Shown here in pieces: positions 24,829 to 38,428 of a stretch of 64,000 nucleotides of DNA (positions are counted from its first letter, which is position 1; every line of letters begins with the position of its first letter). The translations under genes and the position numbers were made by a program. The notes beneath the pieces are model-generated. The model had not been told where the DNA came from, did no database searches, and saw only the letters and a program-made list of their open reading frames with translations. Source of the DNA: Haliotis rubra (lineage: Eukaryota); NCBI RefSeq assembly GCF_003918875.1, contig NW_025767033.1:248001-312000 (forward strand), written 5' to 3'.

Positions 24829-26126
24829 TGAAAAGACAGAAACCATCAATCCATTCCGTCTGAACACCTTTGACGGGGAAGATAACACTGGACAGTTCTG
24901 TGTAAAACAGACTTTTTCAACAATAGAAACAAATAAGTATTTTTTTCATGAAGTGAATAAAGAAATAGTTATATGGCTGTAGCCTATACTCCTTTCGAGG
25001 GTATTCAAGTTCAAAACAAACCATGAATATTCATAGCCTATTTCTTCCAAAGAATTATTCAGTGGAGTTATTGGATCATGACAAACTACCTACAAATAGC
25101 GAATAATTCAATAACTTGATTAACGAGTTAGAGGTATGTAAATATTCAGTTAGGTCGAAATACATTCAAATCACAGAAATGAGCGTGAATCCCTTCGTGA
25201 ATCACAGAAAATCCCTTTGAATAATGCCCACGTTTGTTTGCTATATCTCAGTGTCAGTGCATATCTATATATACTTTGATATTGTAGAGAATCTGATCAC
25301 GTATTTTACATATTCTAAATTATGTTTGTATGATATTACTTATACGATCTATTCGCACACAGCTGTTAACGTTTCAAACTCACGCGAAATGCACACACAC
25401 CATTGTCACCCCTCTTTCTGATTTCCACGCAGGTATCAAGGAAACCCGGATCGATATGAGAGTGCAATCGATTATCACCTAGGGCTGCCAGTAACTAATT
25501 GACAGTGAGATCCCAGTGGAGTAGAATAATATAGCCTAGCCCGGTAACTCGACAAATCATATCTTCAATACTTCAACGTCAACAACACGTATTTCACTCG
25601 TATATCACAAGCTAACAGTAGCGTTTCCATGCCCCTCAGCAGCGATTTTTGTGTTCGTTACCTGTATAAAATACCTTGCATAATTAAATTCACTGTTCTT
25701 GGGTGTAAATATGTTTGACGTTCCGATGTCATATTTCTAGATTATAAACCCACCTTCCTCTGCCATTGTGCCGTGTGGTCGAAGGACAATGCTCTTTCGT
25801 TACAAATTTTGTCGTAAACAGCTCCGTGCTCGTGTTAATTCTCGTGCAGCTGACCTCGGTGCTTAGCAACGTGTACATAGTTACCGGGTTCAAGGGTTAC
25901 GGCTGCTCGCTGTCATTGTGTAGCGCACTTAATCCACGCGTAAGGATTCGCCGTGTGCAGGTTTTATTCAAATTTATGATAGCTGATTTGTATATACCCC
26001 CTCCCCTACCCTTATGTGTGCATAAATGCCGTCGAAACTGTATATGTATTGATTAGTTGTTAATAATAACAAACGTACTTACAGAATATATACAGTTGAA
26101 AAACGCATGGCTATGTTTACTTAAAT

Positions 26127-26554
26127 GGTTGGTTGGTTGGTTTGTTGTTGCTCTCAGGCTATATTGCGGCGGTCTGTAAATAATCGAGTCTGGACCAAAC
26201 AATCCAGTGATCAACAGCATGAGCATCGATCTATGCTATTCTGATACGGTGACATGTGTCAACCAAGTCACGGAGCTTGACCACCTGATCCCGTTAGTCG
26301 CCTCTTACGTGAGTGAGTGACTTTAGTTTTACGCAGCACTCAGCAATATTCCAGCTATATGGCGGCGGTCTGTAAATAATCGAGTCTGGACCAGACAATC
26401 CAGTGATCAACAGCATGAGCATCGATCTGCGCAACTGGGAACCGATGACATGTGTCAACCAAGCCAGGGAGCCTGACCACCCGATCCCGTTAGTCGCCTC
26501 TTACGACAAGCATGGGTTACTGAAGACCAATTCTAACCCGGATCTTCACGGGTC
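26127..26554 (-). mobile_element. Tandem/nested SINE-like family 2 copies
   Basis: Two bodies with different tails ((AACC)n and (ACTC)n) inside one TSD TTTACTT(A/C)AATG. Confidence 0.88.
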
Positions 26555-27889
26555 TTTACTTCAATGAAAATGATAAATACTGAAATAATTACTACAAATA
26601 AAAATAATAGTAAATAATAATAACGACTTTATGTCAAATCATTCATATTGTTTGGTACTGAAGCTGTCAAAATTAAAATTCTACATAAACTCATTTTATT
26701 TTTAAATCCTTATTTTGAAGATACAGCAGTAATTTGTTGAATACTATTTATGTCCATGATAGAATAATAAATAAACAACAACCCCAAAACCCACCGAACA
26801 TATCTTTAAGGTTAGTAACTGAAAAAAGACGAAATGAAAGAATAGTGCTCTGATGTTAATGCATATTGATTTTATCTTTTTTCATTATTTCGAGCATTTG
26901 AGCGTTAATAATCTGTAATGTCTTAATAAATGTGAAAACTTCCTGCCATATGGTCGAAGGGAGTTAACTCGAGATGTTAAATTGGTGTAGTGGGTTGTAA
27001 CGTTGATACGTTGCTACCTCACGCCGAAGTCGCCGGTGCGAATCACAACATAGGGGTTATTTATAAAGCATGGTCTTCTAGAATAATAAAATATGAAGGA
27101 TATTTTGGATGACAACGATGTTTTAACAAACCTAAACTAACGGTCAAAAGCCATTGTTTGATTGAGGATGTACTCGAACAAACATGAAATGCCCGCAGTC
27201 TTTCTGTAACATGTACATGCATGTATACAAGTCTATCCTTAAACCTGTATCAAAATAGTATACCAAATTTGGTTAGTTTAGCCATCTCCATTTCGGCCAA
27301 TACACAGGAAGTGAAACATACCAACCCCTTGTAGAACTTTAATACATCTTTTAACTTTGTCTTTATAGTTGAGAGATATTTACATAAACAAATGTCACAT
27401 CAGGTTTCAGTCGGTGTATATTTCGTACAGGTGGTGACTAGCACAGTCACGTGGTGTGTCACAATTTCGAGCTCGACCAATCAAAGCTCACTTCCGTTGC
27501 ACGAGTTTTTCGAGCGCGTTATTTCCAGACTCAGTGAAATGAACCAGAAGTGTCGTGTTTTGACGAACTGTGATATTTTAGGTGGCGAGAATTCATCTGA
27601 AACAGAACTGACGTGTTTAGCAAAGCCCAGCAAAATGAAGTTTTTCAAAATGGATCGAATTAACTATGAATGCAGTTTTCAAAGAACGTTGTTCAGTGTG
27701 ACTTTTCACCTTCCGTGACGTGGCAGGGAGCGTTGTAAGGTTAGTGAACTATAACGTACGATGAATGTATCTATATATTGTTAGAGTGAGTGAGTTTTGT
27801 TCTACCCCGCTTTTAGCAATATTCCATCAATATCACGGCAGGAGCACCAGAAATCTACAGGATGTCAGAGCGAATGTTAGAGCTAATGT

Positions 27890-28470
27890 CTATCTCGTAA
27901 CTATTTTGTATGTGACGCTACTACCATCACTTATCTATCTTGTATGTGACATTACTACCATCACTTATCCATGTTGTATGTGACGCCACTACCATCACTT
28001 ATCCCTTGTGTAGTTTTGAGGAACTACCACCACGTATCTATCTTGGCGGGTAAGGTCGAAGGCCAGATACCCTGGCGGCGTCAAGATGGTGCTTGTTGAT
28101 ATCTAGCTTTGCCCTCGACATTATCTAGGGTATGTGATAAATCCCGACTATGTCAGCACAAAAATCGCGCCATCCTTTCTAATTCACCACCACTTTCTAT
28201 CTTGTAATTCTAAACCAACTAACAACACAAATGTGACGCTACTACCATCACTTATCATCTTGTATGTGACGCTGCTACACACATCTATCTTGTATGTGGC
28301 ACTACACACATCTATCTTGTATGTGACACTACATCACTTACTACACACTACACACTTATCTATCTTGTATGTGACACTACCATCACTTTCACATCTTGTA
28401 CGCTACTACCATCACTTATCTATCTTGGTGATGCTTTTCACTTATCTATCTTGTCTCTATCACATCTACC
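27890..28470. repeat. Degenerate ~33-bp minisatellite interrupted by a ~145-bp insert
   Basis: Unit TATCTATCTTGTATGTGACGCTACTACCATCACT; the start of the insert (GGCGGGTAAGGTCGAAGGCCAGATACC) recurs at 28524. Confidence 0.75.
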
Positions 28471-29332
28471 AACCACCCCTCCCACACCTACCCACACCCA
28501 CTCCCACCCAAGTTTTTAGGAAAGGCGGGTAAGGTCGAAGGCCAGATACCAATGTTGTTGGGAACACCCTTCCTATTAATTCAGTTTCAAGGTAGGAATG
28601 GTTTCTATAGGAATGCATGGTATTGTATGTAAATGATGCGTATTGCGTAGTTCTGGAATGATCAAAACAGCTTTTAAAGATACATACTCTTAATTGTACG
28701 GAAAAGAAAGAATCACCAACTATCCAACCTAATATTGAGATTTCTGTTTCTGAACCATAACGGCTTTTTGGGGGGCTTAGTATTCAGAAATTGGATCTGC
28801 ATGTTCAGTCAGAGTCATACATACTTAAGTTCCCAATATATCACAATACGGTTACCTGTATCACAGTATATTGCAGTACAATATATGTGCTACTACAGAG
28901 CCTTAGTCTCAGTTATAGAATATGATGGTGAATACACACATCAACGTTTGCCTGCGAAATTGTGCTGAGGAGACTGAGCAAAGCGAGAGGCGCCCAAGTA
29001 AAACATGAACTCGATATACCGTTCAAAACGAGAAAAGACGCTCGAGTCATTGATATACACATGGGAAGATTTTCATACTGCGTAAAGCCGGGAGAATGAA
29101 GACACATCACCGGATACTTTGACAGGTGATTTAGAATTGCATTTATAATTAATGGTTAATGTTCAAGTTAGCAACGATGTTGCGACATGCATGCATCAAC
29201 TTGCCAGAGTGTATTTTCCGAAGGTCTTCGTCTTCCATGTCCAGAAAGGTTAATATTTAGTACTGTCATCCTTTAAATCAGTTCAGTTAACTGTAGTGCA
29301 CATACTGCAGTTATGAAATTTATACCTCGATG

Positions 29333-31799
29333 CAGGGGGCGGATACAGGATATTCGTTGTTGTGTGTGTGTGTGTGTGTGTGGGTGTGTGTGTGTGTGTG
29401 TACCCTAATCCTCGGAACCCAGGGCATATATTATAGACTATACCTATTCCATTACACATGATCGGAGGCAGCGGAAATATATACATTGCCCTCGGTTCTG
29501 AGGATGGTGCACTTGACTTGAGTGTCTTACATCTCGTTTATATGTACTGAAATGGTCAGTTTGGATTGAGGAACGTTTGTACAGAAGCGTTCAAGCAGTC
29601 AGCGGGTACCATGTGGACCATGCGTGATATTGTTCCATGGAGGACATTTATCTACTCAGAAAGGAAGTGATTAATCTTAAATACTTCAGTTTGATTTTCA
29701 AAGTTGTATACAAAACACGTTTGCTTATAACTGGATTTAAAGTTACAAATGACCTTAGAATTATGTGTTCAAATCCAAACTTTAAGGTTACTTGTTGAGC
29801 TTTGACCATATATGATCCTAAGGTTTTCAAACAAAGCATGAATGAACAGTAGTCAGTGAATGTGACTTGTCTACATAACCCACGGACAATCTTTGAATCT
29901 ACTGATATAGGATGCACCCTTGGAACAGCCGCCGTCTGTGTTTCTGAATGAACATCTGAACAACACTTTTAAGATCAACATCACATGTTTGCATTTTCAA
30001 CAGTGTGAGTCCAGCCAAGCTTTCTTGACCCATAGTGGATCGCAGGTGTGACTTGACCTGCCTTAAGGAGGAAAATGTTCTCTCTGCCTCTACACTCATG
30101 ACTGGCAGTGTTGCAGCAACTCTCAATACCTGTCTGATGTTCGGGTAGACATCAATATCAGCTGAAACAAAGCAGCCCTAGTCTCAGGGCGTACCGTGTG
30201 CTTTTCCCAGTACGCTTTCCACTCTCTTAGCTCTGATGATAGAGCAACTGGCATAGGCAGATCATCCTCCCAGAACATCAGTTTGAATTTCAAGCTCTCT
30301 ACCACGTCGACTATGACGTCAGGAAGAAGAGACAGTAGATCAACCCCGCATCTGTTTTCAGGTTCAAACCGCTGGTGCAGTTCAGTGTTCTAATGATCAA
30401 TAAAAGGAATGATGATGGTCCTTTTTACAGTACACTTCAGGGGTGTCTGATGGGGTGTTGTCTCGGTGTGTCATTCGCTTTGTCACCCTGGGAGTCTGTA
30501 TCTCAGAACCAACAACTTGGAGTAAAACGTTCCTTCAGGTACTTCAGTTTCTCAGTATCACTCATCGATGATAATTTTACTTTCCCTGATACAATGTCAC
30601 CGATATCATATATGTCTATCCCGGTAGATGCTTTAAACGTTTTAGATTCAGGCTCTGTGTCAGGGGTATCCATGTCACCGTGACATGTTTGAACACCAGG
30701 CTTGTCATCAAAGATTCTGTCTGATTCATCACCTAACCTGTCGGATATTGGAATTTCAGAATCTTCACTGGGACTCTCTTTCCAGGGATGATCTGAATGA
30801 GAATTGTCAATTTGTTTGGTGAGATTACAAGACTCTTCCTCACACGAAACAAAATGATTGGGGTTCACTGTGAGAGACTGTCCACATAATGTACATGTCT
30901 AATGCTTCATCAAATGTCCCCGACACTGGAGTTAATGTCTGGTGCATGACACTCCTATGACCGCCACATTTTCCCTTTGGGGATAGATGGAAATCAATCT
31001 TATTTGCAAACAATTGCAGGCAGCATACAGATGCAATTAAGAGCTGTATATACCAGAATTAACGCTTTTCAAAACCTCAATTTGGTAAGTGACGGCTAAA
31101 TTTGATCCTGAAATCGTATCATGTGATGCTGAGGTGTAAACTACATATTCTGCTAGGTTTGTCGTCTTCTGAGCAGACGATCCAGACATAAGTTTCAGAT
31201 TGTGATCTGAAATATAAAACTTGTCACGTGTTACCAGTTCATATACAACCCTAGTTCTACACTCAATGTGCTGATTTTCATCACCAAAACCTGCTAAATG
31301 ATCTAAAAAAACAGTTCCCGTCACCTACACACGACATTGGTTGGTTCATCATCTGGATATAACTCACATGAAATTCTGTCAGTAATGAAGTTGGAGAAAC
31401 AGATAGGCTTCAATGTTAAACTGTACTGTTTCAGCACACTTTGAGTTCTTAAAGACATTTGGAATTTCAATGTTGGCCGTCCTTTCTTAGCAGCGCTTGA
31501 AAACGCACGTAATATTGCGCTATAATGTCTATTCCGTTCATCCAGTATGATGACAGCATTGCCATTCTAGCATACTTTCAGTTTCAGCTCGTTACAGCGC
31601 CTGTGACATCACTGAATTATCTGACATGTATGTTACCCGTTGGTGCAAGGAGTTGCGTCTGGCATTGCATCATTGCTATATTTATACACAGTCTACACGA
31701 CAGTGAAAAGTTTTCCGACTCTTTTTTAACCATAAAGGCATTGATGAACTCTCTTGGGGGGAGGGCGCACCCCACCCCCACGCCCCGGATCCGCGCATG
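29333..31799 (-). mobile_element. Decayed, internally deleted hAT DNA transposon
   Basis: The hAT C-terminal dimerisation domain (ATLPVMSVEAERTFSSLRQVKSHLRSTMGQESLAGLTLL, 29899-30126) is frameshifted from the upstream part (ELREWKAYW). Ends CAGGGGGCGGATAC / GGATCCGCGCATG are hAT-like; no clear TSD, so the ends are tentative. Confidence 0.8.
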
Positions 31800-32426
31800 T
31801 CAATGTGCTTGACGCCTTTGTAGCACGTCAACACGTGGCCCACGGCTTTTGAGATGTTGTGTGAAGCACATGTTTTACATGTGCATTCCAATATGCTGGG
31901 ATATGATAGCCTGTTTGGTCCACACAATTAATAATTGCCCTTGAATTCATGTGGTGCTTAACTAATGCCCATGTGTATATAACAAGACTTGACAGGTGCC
32001 TCAATATCTATTCAACACAGACAGTAGTGGCGCTGGGTTTGCAGAGGCGTGCAATAATATACCACTAATTAAAGTAAAACGCATATTAAATTAAACTGAT
32101 TTTCCCAGAGGAATTATTCCATAAGCTCTTTAACAAGAATCACTGGACTGTTTCCGAAAATAGAACGATTCGTACTTAAAATCAATAAGTTTGAATACAC
32201 AGTTTCGGAGAACACTGACTGTATTGGTTTGTGTATTGATATCCTTTAACTAGTAAGATATTATTTTACACACGACTGCATCTGTCTTAAACACCCCGTC
32301 ATGATGATTTATTTAGGACAATTATGCCGCACTGATTAGCTGACTTTTGAAATCGCCCGTGTCCCCAATGACACCCTAGTGCCTTAAACATTTAAGAAGT
32401 ATTAGAGCTAGTCGTGAAGAAGTAGC

Positions 32427-35400
32427 ATGGCGCTGTGTCAGACGTTGATTGTAATAGGGGTTTTACTAGGAACCTATGGCCGTAAGTAATACCACTAATT
32501 CTGTATTAATCGTGATATACGATGTATGACTGAGAATTTTAGTCTTTAGACCAAATGACTGTTCGTTACAGTCATATGACCAAATGATTGGTTTGACAGA
32601 TTGACTGTAACTTATATACCTTGACAAGGATTTTCTTTGCTATTAGTCAAATTATTTGCTCGTTGGTTTAAGGTGGATGTATGTTTTATTTGGTGTTCCC
32701 TTCACTTTACATCGTTACCATGTAATAATCCGAATAATGTTCTTATGTTGTAAATACATCAACATGAATAGGAACAAGTAATACGATAACAAATGTTTCT
32801 ATAAACTTGACGACAAAGCGTTCAGTTGTACTTTATACTGCAGAATATGGTTACTTCTCCAGGCATAAAAGTATCCTACAAGCCATCACGGCATGCTGAC
32901 ATTTTTTACATGTAATCTACAAGCCGTAATGTTTTCGTTTCACAGTATTCCTGAGATTTTTAGCATAATATGTGCTGTCTCTTCCTATATTCGTGTACTT
33001 TTCTTAGCGCCAGTCAGACTGCAAAGAGGTTAGTTGCCTGTAATCAGTACAGCCTCGATGTAAAATGTTTAGATTTTGAATAAGCGAGCTTGATTAAACG
33101 CCTTGAACCTGTTTCTGTCCTATGACGGTATTAACATACATGGACACTAGAAATGTTTCTTACTGTTATCCCTTAAACGGTTTATGGTCCTTACTCTTAA
33201 GATGACAATAGAAGTAACGGAATATTGCTTCAAGTAGAAACTGAAAAGCAGATTTGTCAACTTGCTGATCGCGAGGGTTCTTGTAATTTTGGGGTTTCAA
33301 AATCTTGTGCTCCATTATCAAAATGCCAGATCATACTTGATCATGACACACGACAAAATGAATATTAGTATGTTGTTCACGATGTAAAAGTGACAGACCA
33401 CATAGCTCCTCGAGATGAGTGAGTGAGTAAGCCGCTTTTAGCAATATTCTAGCAACATCGGTCCATGAGATGAATGCCGTCTAATTGATCCTTGCATGCT
33501 GTAACCGTGAATCTAGAGTGTTCTCAACCAAAATCTGCAGTGAATATGTACGGAGAGGATTCTTTACGGTTGAAATATTCCTTTCCCTTTCCTTTTGTTT
33601 CATAAGATAGATTTATGTCTGCCGACTGTGGTGGGAAAACCGAAATGCCTAAAAGACTTCCTTGAAACCAAACAGTGACTTCTCCCAATATTTACACTTG
33701 GAAAAGCGTGTGGTCAGATTATGTACAATATGAAACTCTGTACTGTTACCATTTCAGCCGGTTGGACACGTGGTGGGAAAGAATATGTTCTTGTATCCCT
33801 TGGGAGTCATGGCGGTGCGATCAAACCATTCGATATATCTGTGACTACGCCTTCAGTGAACCTGACGTCGGCGTCTGTGACAACCTCGTGGGATCTCACC
33901 TCATCTGAGAACATCAGCGTGAGCGCAACCCAGGGACACTTGCTCTCTTATGGAATGGACGGGGTTCTTCAGGGTAGCTCAGCTCGAGGGAAAGCCGTTC
34001 ATATTCAGACACCGGATGAAATAGACGTTTCTGTAATCAGCAGATTTACCTACTCTGATGGAGTTTATCTTGGCCTACCTGTTGAGAGTCTAGGTCAGGT
34101 CTGTTTCATTCTAACGCCAGATGACTGTTCAGACAACTGTCACATCGCCTTTGCTGCAACGGAGGACAACACGACGGTGTCCTTGACTCCAGGGGAGATA
34201 ACCACAAACTGGGAGCATGTGCCAGGAATGACGAGTCGTAATCAGACATTTACTTTTCAGCTCGACAAACACGAAAGCTTTAAAGTTAGCAGCGCGTCTG
34301 ATATTTCCGGTACGCGCGTGTCGTCCGATAAACCTGTCGCAGTATTTTCAGGGAGTGCTGGATTAAGGGGAGACAACCATGAGTCTGTTGTAGAGCAGCT
34401 TCCGTCAACTGATCATTGGGGTCGGACCGTCTACACCATTCCAACACCGAACCAACGGTCGAAATATAACATTTATAAGGTCATAGCTTCCGACGGCAAC
34501 ACAACTGTCTCAGTTGGTGGCCAAGTGGCTGACCTACCTTACCCTGGGTCTTTCGCCACCGCAACCCTGCCATCCGATGCTTTCCTTAAAATAACCAGCA
34601 ACAAGCCCCTGCTGGTGATGAAGATCGTCCCGAGGAACACCAGTGTTGTTCAAGGGCAGGACGAATGCATGTCGCTCGTACTCTCAATGAACCAGTATAT
34701 TTTAGACACGTCCTTCTTCTCACACAACGACTACAACAACTACGTCTCCATCGTCATCAACGTCACCCACAAAGATGAACTTCTTCTGGACCAGACTCCT
34801 CTTCCCGATACTACCAATTGGACGGTGAGCGACGATCTCGAGATGGCTCTGGGGGTGTTGCTGGTGGGTAGCGGCAGTCACACCCTCGCCACGGATGCCC
34901 CTGGAGTCAGGTTTGCTGCCTACCTGCACGGCGTCAGTATCAACACAAACGCAACCGTATGCATGCCGCTAGGTGTCGCCCTTTCTGTCAGTCGATGGGT
35001 AAGTTGGTAAAATAGTATATAAGAAACTAAATTATGTTTCGTTGGTTTCAGACCCTTTACATGTTAGTAAAGTTAAACTAAAGACCTCAAATTTTGCGAC
35101 TTCAAATGGACCCATCACCAGAACCAAACCGGTGTTTTGCTGGTAGGACATTTACCTCCATTATCCGAAATATCTCTTCTTGAAATAATAAAGGCACATC
35201 GGCTTTTCTAAATAATATAGCATTGTAGAACGGCCTATACATTTACGTAACACCGTTATTATGGGTAATGGCATATAACATCGTCGCAATCCTTATACTA
35301 CAAGGAGAATGTATAGTCAGGGAACTATACTCCATGAAATGTATAGGGACTAGTGTAATTAATCACCGGGTTGTCTGGTCCAGGCTGAAATAACCATCGG

Positions 35401-36279
35401 CTGTCCTGATATTATAGCTGGCTGCAGCCGTGAGCATGATTGACATTAAACACTTGAAGCTGGAGAAAGATTATTATTATTATTATAGGATATTTATATA
35501 GCGCACATACCCACGCACTAGTGCATGCTCAAGGCGCTGGTATTTTTTCCCTCGATCATTGGATGTCAATCTCAACGGCACATCGCATTATCAATCTCAA
35601 CTCCCTGGGGAGTATACAACTCTTGCAGCCACTAGGCGCACCGAGTTATTGTAACTTTCTCATCCTAAAGATGCTAAATCCTGGAAAACTATCAGGAAAT
35701 ACGTAAAATGGGTCCTCCAATTTAGACAGACAGATTCTGTAGTTCCAGAAGCCGTTCACCATTTCAAAAATATGTATTGTTGGCAAGCGATAGGAATGCA
35801 CCCGTTTCCATATTTTCCCCTTTACAGATTACACATGAAGTACTTTCTAATCTGTTCACAATACCATTGCTCTCTCTCTCTCTCTGCTTCTCTAGCCCTC
35901 AGACTGCACGTGCAGCACGTTGTGCTTTGACGAGGATACTGTCAACCGTACGATAACCCCCGAATATATCGCCAATCTCACCGAAGAGATCCGACAGAAT
36001 CTGACTGTAGAACGGAAACGCCTGTCTGCGTCTATCCGGAAGAAGCAGGGTGCGAGAGACAGTCGGCCATCGGCTCAAGGTATGGGGACTATCAGTGTGT
36101 TATGCATCATTGTTCTGATAGCCAGCGTGGTGCTGTTTGACATCACGGGGATGTTTATCGGACCCACGTATGCATTTTCAAAGAAGAGAATGAGATCGAA
36201 CCTGAGAAAGAAAATCAAGAAACAGGAGGAAGACACCGATCTCGTCTCCAAGTTACAGACAATTACCCATCATCAGTGA
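32427..36279 (+). CDS. Type I membrane protein (~559 aa): signal peptide, IgGFc-binding protein N-terminal domain, Cys/helical stalk, TM helix and basic cytoplasmic tail
   Basis: Exons 32427-32481 (MALCQTLIVIGVLLGTYG, C|gtaagt), 33758-34998 and 35896-36279; phases 1,0 consistent. Exon 2 has motifs LGLPVESLG, ATEDNTTV, DISGTRVSSDKPVAVFSG, VEQLPSTDHWG typical of FCGBP N-terminal domains. Exon 3 has TM ISVLCIIVLIASVVLF. Confidence 0.9.
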
Positions 36280-36496
36280 AGAGATACTGCTGCGGGCATG
36301 ACACAAGACACAACTGACATGTAGGTTGACATTTCGCTCATGTTAAACATGGAGGTAATCTGGATGGCTATTGTCACAAGTTTACATTTCCACAACCTGT
36401 CGAACCTCCTGGTTAGTGGTTCTTGCCAGGGCGTTTTCTAAGGGAGGTCGCAAAATTCAGACCTGATTTTTCATACCACCATCGAGGGAATTCTAC

Positions 36497-36662
36497 TGAG
36501 TGAGTGAGTGAGTATGATTTTACTCCGTTTTTAGCAATATTCCAGCAATATCACAGCGGTGGACACCAGACATGGGCTTAACACATAGTACCCATGTGGG
36601 GAATCGAACCCGGGTCTTTGGCGTGACGAGCAAATGCTTTAACCTCTTGGCTACCCCACCGC
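36497..36662 (-). mobile_element. SINE family 1
   Basis: Full copy matching the family consensus. Confidence 0.85.
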
Positions 36663-37356
36663 TAAGGCTCTACCAACATCATTCAGTCAGTTTCGGCATG
36701 GGTAATTTGAGGATGCAGATTAGCCCACAATTACGCACGCACGTACTCCCACACATATATAATAGATGTTTCATCTTTCTTATTCCACCGTAAACCGTCT
36801 TTTACTGCATTTTGTACTCGAAATAAATCACCGTTAGAAACTGCTTCGACGTAATGGGGTCCGACGCGGGTTACCCTCTGTTTCCGTTTCTGGCGTGTTC
36901 AAAACCAGAGAACGCAGTCAGATTAACAACTCCAGTCAAATATACACTGCTTTTATTCCGAGTAATCGATAATTGTGTGCTGAGGTTAAAGATGAAATTA
37001 TTCAAAATCCAAACACGCCTCCAACCCATCCTCACCATGAGCATCTAGAGACGTCAACTAAACCGCTCCAGGAAACACGATCTATCATTCATTGTACCTG
37101 TGTCACGTCGGTTATGTAGCAAGGCCTTTTGAAATATTCAGACATATCGACAGCTGGCCAGTTAATGAGTGTAAACAGTCGCCGTGACATTTCTTTCCAA
37201 GCTGACGCAATAATTGATTTGAAAATCTTTCCGAAGTAATCACCAGGGGATCAATACTTAAATACTGTTTTATTATTTACGTTAACTGATTATAGTTTTG
37301 TTTTATGTTTTTGTACGCGATCCTCTACACAGTATCATTTATTTATGTTTTCTTAA

Positions 37357-38428
37357 AGGTCACATGCAACGTAAAACACAACTTTGCAGATTCTGATACC
37401 TTTCGGTATGAACTTACCGAAACAAATCGTCAAAAAATGCAAATTCAACTTATAAAGTTGAAAAATAACGCAATGAAAAAAACCGCGCGAAATCGGAGTT
37501 CAAACGTTTCACTAATTTTCCCCCGACTTTTCTGGGGAAAACGGGTTTCAACAGCTGGGCTGCGCTCATAGCACGTGCGCAGTGAAATAGGTTCGCGCAG
37601 CTTGGAAGCGGGTTGTCCGGTGAATACTCGGTGAAGGCTTTGGTGTGAGCTATTTTTCTAATGTTTTGTTGATATCTCACAGGCGCGAGCTTTTTTATAT
37701 GTTATGACAGTAAATAAACTGTTTATATAATTTCATTTGTCTATTTCACCACACGTTCTTCTTACCGAGTCACTTTCTCAGTTCGATACTTAAAAGCAAT
37801 GTCATTATTTAGCGTTGACAGAATTTCTAACTGTGATATAGATATGTCGTTGTCACAGACAAAACTCAATGTCTGTTTTATTGACACCTGTGTGTCTGCC
37901 TGCCTGTCTGCTAATGACAATATTCAATACACAGCTGCTATCACTGACCACATGCAATTTGAACTTAACACCAATCAGGCTATACACCATAAACAAAATG
38001 CATTGATTTATGGCCCGAGTTCGGTCTCTGTCACATTATGTAATTACACAGACAGGTAGGTGTGATACTTGAACACATGACATGTTATGATGTCTGTTGA
38101 TTGCAACATGTTATACACAAAAAATGAGCATGTATTTACAAAACCCAACATCTCTATATATACACACACAATAGCCGTGAGGGCATCTGCAAATGAACCA
38201 GCCGTTACACTTGAGTGCACACCCACCCGCTCTGACTGGGTTCGGTATCCCGGCTGCTTCGTTTCTTGGGAAGTAAACCGAAGTACACAATATTGCACTT
38301 TTGATTTGCGATTGTACGCTTATAATTTTGTTTATATGTTTTTTCATAACCAACAATGTATATTATATGTCATGAATAAGTGATAATTGTGTTTTAATTA
38401 TGTTTGATTTTTTGGTTGCATGTGACCT
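37357..38428. mobile_element. Non-autonomous DNA transposon, Kolobok-type
   Basis: TIR AGGTCACATGCAAC / GTTGCATGTGACCT flanked by TTAA on both sides. Confidence 0.85.
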
